DNA of 38,972 nt from Elusimicrobiota bacterium. GTDB lineage: Bacteria > Elusimicrobiota > Elusimicrobia > UBA1565 > JACRDR01. The position numbers and the translations under genes are program-made. The notes under the pieces were generated by a model. It had not been told where the DNA came from. It saw nothing but the letters and a program-made list of their open reading frames with translations, and did not search any database. Positions 31,252-38,972 of this stretch are shown piece by piece (position 1 is the first letter of the stretch; each line of letters begins with the position of its first letter). The stretch lies in the NCBI GenBank assembly GCA_041694815.1, contig JBGFSC010000043.1, positions 1 through 38,972 on the forward strand. The letters run 5' to 3'.

Positions 31252-31607
31252 CGGCGCAAAAAATCATCATCCCTCGATATAACATCCAGGTCGCTCAATC
31301 TGCCGCCGAAATCGTCGATTAGGCGAAAAAGCTTTGAAAACCTCTCCTCAAAGAAGCGCGACATACGCTGTTCGGTTCGTCTGATCTCTTCTTTAAGATT
31401 GACTTGGACTACGGCGATTTCTTGGCGCAGCTCTGTTTTTATGGATTCCAGGCCCGTGCGAAACTCTGTACGCAGCTCCGTTTTGGTGGACGTCAGGGCC
31501 TCCTGGAATTCTGTTTTGGTGGATGTTAGGGCCTGATGGAACTCTGTTTTGACGGATGCAAATCCGGAGTCCAGATCGGCTTTGGTTGCCAACACGCGGG
31601 AGGCCAT
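31119..31607 (-). CDS. coiled-coil protein with 11-residue repeats
   Basis: ATKADL start, KTEFHQALTST/KTEFQEALTST repeats; 3' end overlaps vapC by 133 bp; start 31607 or 31613. Confidence 0.6.
   Translation of the reverse strand: MASRVLATKADLDSGFASVKTEFHQALTSTKTEFQEALTSTKTELRTEFRTGLESIKTELRQEIAVVQVNLKEEIRRTEQRMSRFFEERFSKLFRLIDDFGGRLSDLDVISRDDDFLRRQSGGAKKLNLTKFEYEARPLSAVQNTAGSDRAWVINSRSNGSR
31480..31557. repeat. 33-bp imperfect tandem repeat (about 2.4 copies)
   Basis: GTTTTGGTGGA(C/T)GT(C/T)AGGGCCT..TGGAA.TCT repeated. Confidence 0.75.
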
Positions 31608-31660
31608 AATCATAATACGATTGACCTTGAAATTAGTTCCAGAAGACGCGATTCGGGACA

Positions 31661-31750
31661 AGGGCCGAAAGACCTACAGGGTATGGATCAAAAAGCTGCT
31701 GCACGATAGGCCTTTTGCCCCAAGCGCTGTCTTTATGCGTGCGTTACACT
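31661..31750 (+). promoter_or_regulatory. triple dyad-box array plus -10 element
   Basis: AGGGCC-GAAA-GACCTA (31661), degenerate TGGATC-AAAA-AGCTGC (31684), TAGGCC-TTTT-GCCCCA (31707), then 22 nt, TACACT (31745). Confidence 0.55.
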
Positions 31751-31786
31751 GAAGAGTGCAAGCGCATGCTTGCGGGAGAGGGGGCG

Positions 31787-32224
31787 ATGAAGAGATTGCT
31801 TTTGGGCGTCGCGTTCGTTCTGGGCTCGCTGGGGCTGAATATCGCCAGTGCCCAGGGTAGGCCGGACGCGAATACGCTTTTTATCGTCGTCAAGCAAAGG
31901 GGTGGTAATCTGGGCCTCGACAGGTTGATTGAGGTCCGAAACGGGTACTTTACGGTCTTTGAGAAGGGACAGGTCGTGTTCGAACGCTCGCTGACTCCGC
32001 AGGAGCTCGAACTCTGCCGAAACATCGCCGTCGACGCTTCGCGGGGGACCGTCAGGCCTTATACCGGCGACTCAGTATCGGATAACATGACAACTCAGAT
32101 TGATATCCTTCTCGGCGACGGGCTGAAGTCATTGCGATTTCAGAGTGCTGACGCAGTGTCTCACGAGATCATGGCTTTGCTCGCTTACCTGGGAGCGCTG
32201 ATGGAACGTCAAGGCCCTTTATAG
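31787..32224 (+). CDS. secreted hypothetical protein
   Basis: GGAGAGG RBS, signal peptide MKRLLLGVAFVLGSLGLNIASA. Confidence 0.75.
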   Translation: MKRLLLGVAFVLGSLGLNIASAQGRPDANTLFIVVKQRGGNLGLDRLIEVRNGYFTVFEKGQVVFERSLTPQELELCRNIAVDASRGTVRPYTGDSVSDNMTTQIDILLGDGLKSLRFQSADAVSHEIMALLAYLGALMERQGPL

Positions 32225-32236
32225 GAGGAATCTAAA

Positions 32237-32665
32237 ATTAAATTGCTTTCGATTGTTTCTCTCGCCATGCTCTTGGTGAGGCCAGCGGTCGCGCGAGCGG
32301 ACCAGTATTTCGAATGTAAAGTCGCTGAGGGTCCATTCAATACTTGGTCCCAGTCTATGACGAAAGGGATCACTGTCTCGATCCTGTTCCCAGCTGCCAG
32401 TGGTCCCTATACCGTGACCTGGCGCAACGGAGGCGAACCGTTAGTGTATTTTCAACAGGGAAGTGCTCGGATGGGCGGTAATCGTGGAAACGCCGAATTC
32501 ACGCTAGCCACCGAGGACGGCAAGTATGGCGCACTACTCTTTCTGGAGGGATTCAATAATCCCGGAAAACAACTGCAAGGTCTTTTCACCATGCAATACC
32601 TCTCACCGATTACGCAAAGAAGGGACATAACCGGGGTCTATCATCTTGACTGTCGCAAGCGCTAA
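32237..32665 (+). CDS. secreted beta-rich hypothetical protein with terminal Cys pair
   Basis: AGGAGG at 32223-32228; ATT 32237 (gives MKLL...) or TTG 32243; signal peptide ending ARA. Confidence 0.7.
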   Translation: MKLLSIVSLAMLLVRPAVARADQYFECKVAEGPFNTWSQSMTKGITVSILFPAASGPYTVTWRNGGEPLVYFQQGSARMGGNRGNAEFTLATEDGKYGALLFLEGFNNPGKQLQGLFTMQYLSPITQRRDITGVYHLDCRKR

Positions 32666-32839
32666 TCGGCCGGGAATTCTCAAAGTAGCATTCACCGTTC
32701 CGGCCGACTTCGATGCGCCTCGGTATCTCCCAACTCCGTCCAGGCAAAAAGACTAAAAGTTAAAACGGCCGTTATGGCGCCGGCGACGCATCGGTTCTAT
32801 GATGCGGCGTTCCATTCGTCTTCAAAGGAGGCTCATGCC

Positions 32840-33097
32840 ATGGCTCTGGTTAAAGTGATCGAGGTGCTGGCCCAATCGGACAAAAGCTGGGAGGACGCCG
32901 CCAAGCAGGCGGTCGACGAGGCTTCCAAGACTCTGCGCAACCTGCGCACGCTCTACGTCAAGGATTTCCAGATGGTGCTCAAGGAGGGCCGGCCGCAGTA
33001 CCGCTTAGACGCCAAGATCTCCTTCGAGGTGGAGCCCGTGGAAAAGAGGGAGGAGGCCGTGGCCGAGACGGCCCGCTTCAAGAAGAACGCTCATTAG
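32840..33097 (+). CDS. dodecin-family protein
   Basis: VKVIEVLAQSDKSWEDA...AV.EASKTLRN...Y....KISF; AGGAGG 8 nt upstream. Confidence 0.88.
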   Translation: MALVKVIEVLAQSDKSWEDAAKQAVDEASKTLRNLRTLYVKDFQMVLKEGRPQYRLDAKISFEVEPVEKREEAVAETARFKKNAH

Positions 33098-33945
33098 CGG
33101 CGGCCGCCGCGTTCGCGCGGCTTCCCATCTCGGACCTGCCGCATGATGCTCTTGGCGGCGTTGGAGGGGATGGCGAAGCCGATGCCGGCGTAGACGCCGG
33201 TCGGGGCGAAAATCGCGGTGTTGACCCCGATGACCTCGCCGCGAATGTTGACGAGCGGGCCCCCGGAGTTGCCGCGGTTGATGGCGGCGTCGGTCTGCAG
33301 GAAGTTGCTGTAGAGGCGATTGTCGATCTTGAAGGACTGCCGCAGGGCCGAGATGACGCCGACCGTCACGGTCTGCTGCAGCCCGAAGGGATTGCCGATC
33401 GCGATGGCCCAGTCGCCCACGCGCACGGCGTCGGAGTCCCCGAGGTTCGCGTAGACTACCGCGCGGCGGGTCTCGATGCGCAGCACGGCTAAGTCGCTGC
33501 GCATGTCAGTGGCGACGACGCGGCCGAGATAAGTCCTCGAGTCCGGGTCGGCGATGGTGACGCGGATGTCCTCGGCCCCGTGCACGACGTGCTCGTTGGT
33601 CAGCACGAAGCCGCGCGGGTCGATGATGACCCCGGAGCCGATCCCCTCGACGCGGTATTCGACGGACGGGGCCGCGCGGCGCCGGCGCAGAAGGCTTCTC
33701 GGCGGCTGTTTTGTCCAGGCGCCGGGCAGCGGCGGGCCCGCTTCGCGGCGTATGACGCGGATGCTCACGACCGCCGGCTTGATCGAGCTCGCCACGCGCT
33801 CGAAGGATTGCTGCAACTCGGCGGCATGGCGCGAGGGCGCGACGGCCTCGGTGCGGCGAGGCGGGGTGTTCGGCGGGTTGCCGATCCGGTTCGAGAGCCA
33901 TCCGGCTACGACGAGCGTCGCCAGCAGCGCGCGCATGACGGTCAT
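33094..33945 (-). CDS. HtrA/DegP-family serine protease without PDZ domain
   Basis: GSGVII, TNEHVV, SDLAV, QTDAAINRGNSGGPL; N-terminal hydrophobic segment; start 33945, not 34299. Confidence 0.9.
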   Translation of the reverse strand: MTVMRALLATLVVAGWLSNRIGNPPNTPPRRTEAVAPSRHAAELQQSFERVASSIKPAVVSIRVIRREAGPPLPGAWTKQPPRSLLRRRRAAPSVEYRVEGIGSGVIIDPRGFVLTNEHVVHGAEDIRVTIADPDSRTYLGRVVATDMRSDLAVLRIETRRAVVYANLGDSDAVRVGDWAIAIGNPFGLQQTVTVGVISALRQSFKIDNRLYSNFLQTDAAINRGNSGGPLVNIRGEVIGVNTAIFAPTGVYAGIGFAIPSNAAKSIMRQVRDGKPRERGGRR

Positions 33946-33951
33946 GCACCT

Positions 33952-33980
33952 ATTGTAGGCACGTGGGCCGACCGGGTCCA
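33952..33980 (-). promoter_or_regulatory. promoter for leaderless htrA-like transcript
   Basis: TGGACC-17 nt-TACAAT, 6 nt before ATG 33945. Confidence 0.55.
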
Positions 33981-34042
33981 TGCTGGAGGGGTATTGTTTG
34001 TGTGTGTTTGTTGCCGAGACGGATAAATTCAAAAATGATTGC

Positions 34043-34072
34043 TTGACATTAGCAGGTGCGTTCGTGTATACT
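34043..34072 (+). promoter_or_regulatory. rRNA operon promoter
   Basis: TTGACA-18 nt-TATACT with AT-rich upstream tract. Confidence 0.75.
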
Positions 34073-34124
34073 GTTTTCACTCCCACCAAGAGGTTCGCTG
34101 GTCGGGCCTCTGGTAGTGGGGTTT

Positions 34125-34136
34125 TGTTCCTTGAAA
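34125..34136 (+). promoter_or_regulatory. boxA antitermination element (leader)
   Basis: TGTTCCTTGAAA, repeated exactly in the ITS. Confidence 0.7.
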
Positions 34137-34343
34137 TGTGATTTGCGAGCGAATGGGCACCCTGTTCCCTGACCGCCCGGTCCGGGGAGAGGGTTAGTAA
34201 GGAGTTCGGTGTGCCGGTTCGCTGGAGGGTATTGTGGCCCGAAGGCGGACTGGAACCAAACAAGTGAAAGTTGGAATCAATTCTTCCATTTGGGAGCAAA
34301 CGGAAGTACGGGGGTCCTTACCCCCGGAAAACGTCCAGACCTT

Positions 34344-35870
<1,527 letters not shown>

Positions 35871-35999
35871 ACATTTCCCCTTCTCACGAAGGGAAATGGG
35901 TCGGCCCCTCGCGGCACTCTACGTTGCGTCTAATCGTAGGGCAAGCCCACGGGGTGCCCATTGGCTCGCAGTCCATTTCAGTCCGCAGCTCCGCTTTTG

Positions 36000-36074
36000 G
36001 GGCTCGTAGCTCAGGGGTAGAGCACACGCTTGATAAGCGTGGGGTCGGAGGTTCGAAACCTCCCGGGCCCACCA
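36000..36074 (+). tRNA. tRNA-Ile(GAT)
   Basis: GGGCTCG/CGGGCCC acceptor stem, anticodon GAT, GTTCGAA T-loop, encoded CCA. Confidence 0.97.
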
Positions 36075-36079
36075 GTTGC

Positions 36080-36152
36080 GGGCCCTTAGCTCAGCTGGGA
36101 GAGCGCCTGCTTTGCAAGCAGGAGGTCGCCGGTTCGATCCCGGCAGGGTCCA
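36080..36152 (+). tRNA. tRNA-Ala(TGC)
   Basis: GGGCCCT/AGGGTCC stem with G3:U70, anticodon TGC, no encoded CCA. Confidence 0.97.
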
Positions 36153-36189
36153 AGCGCTATCGACGTGCGGACGGAGCCGTGAAGATTTT

Positions 36190-36201
36190 TGTTCCTTGAA
36201 A
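36190..36201 (+). promoter_or_regulatory. boxA element (ITS)
   Basis: TGTTCCTTGAAA downstream of the tRNAs. Confidence 0.7.
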
Positions 36202-36363
36202 ATTGCCGTTTTGTCCTTGTTTCTCCGAGAGGCGCAAGTCCTCGTTAGGAGGCGGTCCTTCGGGAAAGGCAGGGGCGAAAAGAGAACAAGCTAAGCGTCT
36301 ACAAACTTTGATTCACTCGGGGTTCCCTGTTTGTGGGGGGTCCGGAGTGCGATCGAAGAATAT

Positions 36364-38972
<2,609 letters not shown>

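Noticed and set aside
31480..31557. CRISPR-like repeat
   Set aside because: Contiguous in-frame 33-bp coding repeats with no spacers and no cas genes.
33946..34299. N-terminal 118 aa of the 401-aa protease ORF
   Set aside because: Overlaps the rRNA promoter and leader; promoter and signal segment indicate a start at 33945.

Overview
High-GC bacterial chromosome segment. The 16S sequence and gene style suggest Elusimicrobiota, an inference not checked against a database. It is mostly core genome. From left to right it holds an SDR + aldehyde dehydrogenase pair, tatD, clpC, a radC/receiver pair divergent from an XRE regulator, and a class A beta-lactamase-like protein followed by recA and xerD. 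Next come two thiolases flanking a coupled GT4-thioesterase-GNAT-3-hydroxyacyl-CoA dehydrogenase-DUF1207 operon, and a complete F1Fo ATP synthase operon interrupted between atpA and atpG by an orphan secreted protein and an hldD-like epimerase. The right end has an MBL-fold lactonase-like lipoprotein, a small accessory patch (vapBC, hendecad coiled-coil protein, secreted orphans), dodecin, a PDZ-less HtrA and an rRNA operon (16S, tRNA-Ile, tRNA-Ala, partial 23S). The most notable unexplained signals are: (1) a triple 16-bp dyad box array with 23-24 bp period and the same 22-nt distance to the -10 element, upstream of two unrelated secreted-orphan loci 19 kb apart; (2) xerD in frame with recA but lacking a canonical start (likely ACG), with the same geometry (ATT) at a second gene; (3) foreign genes coupled inside the atp operon; (4) an unannotated 50-aa ORF with its own promoter and RBS upstream of tatD. 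No CRISPR array, transposase or prophage was seen.
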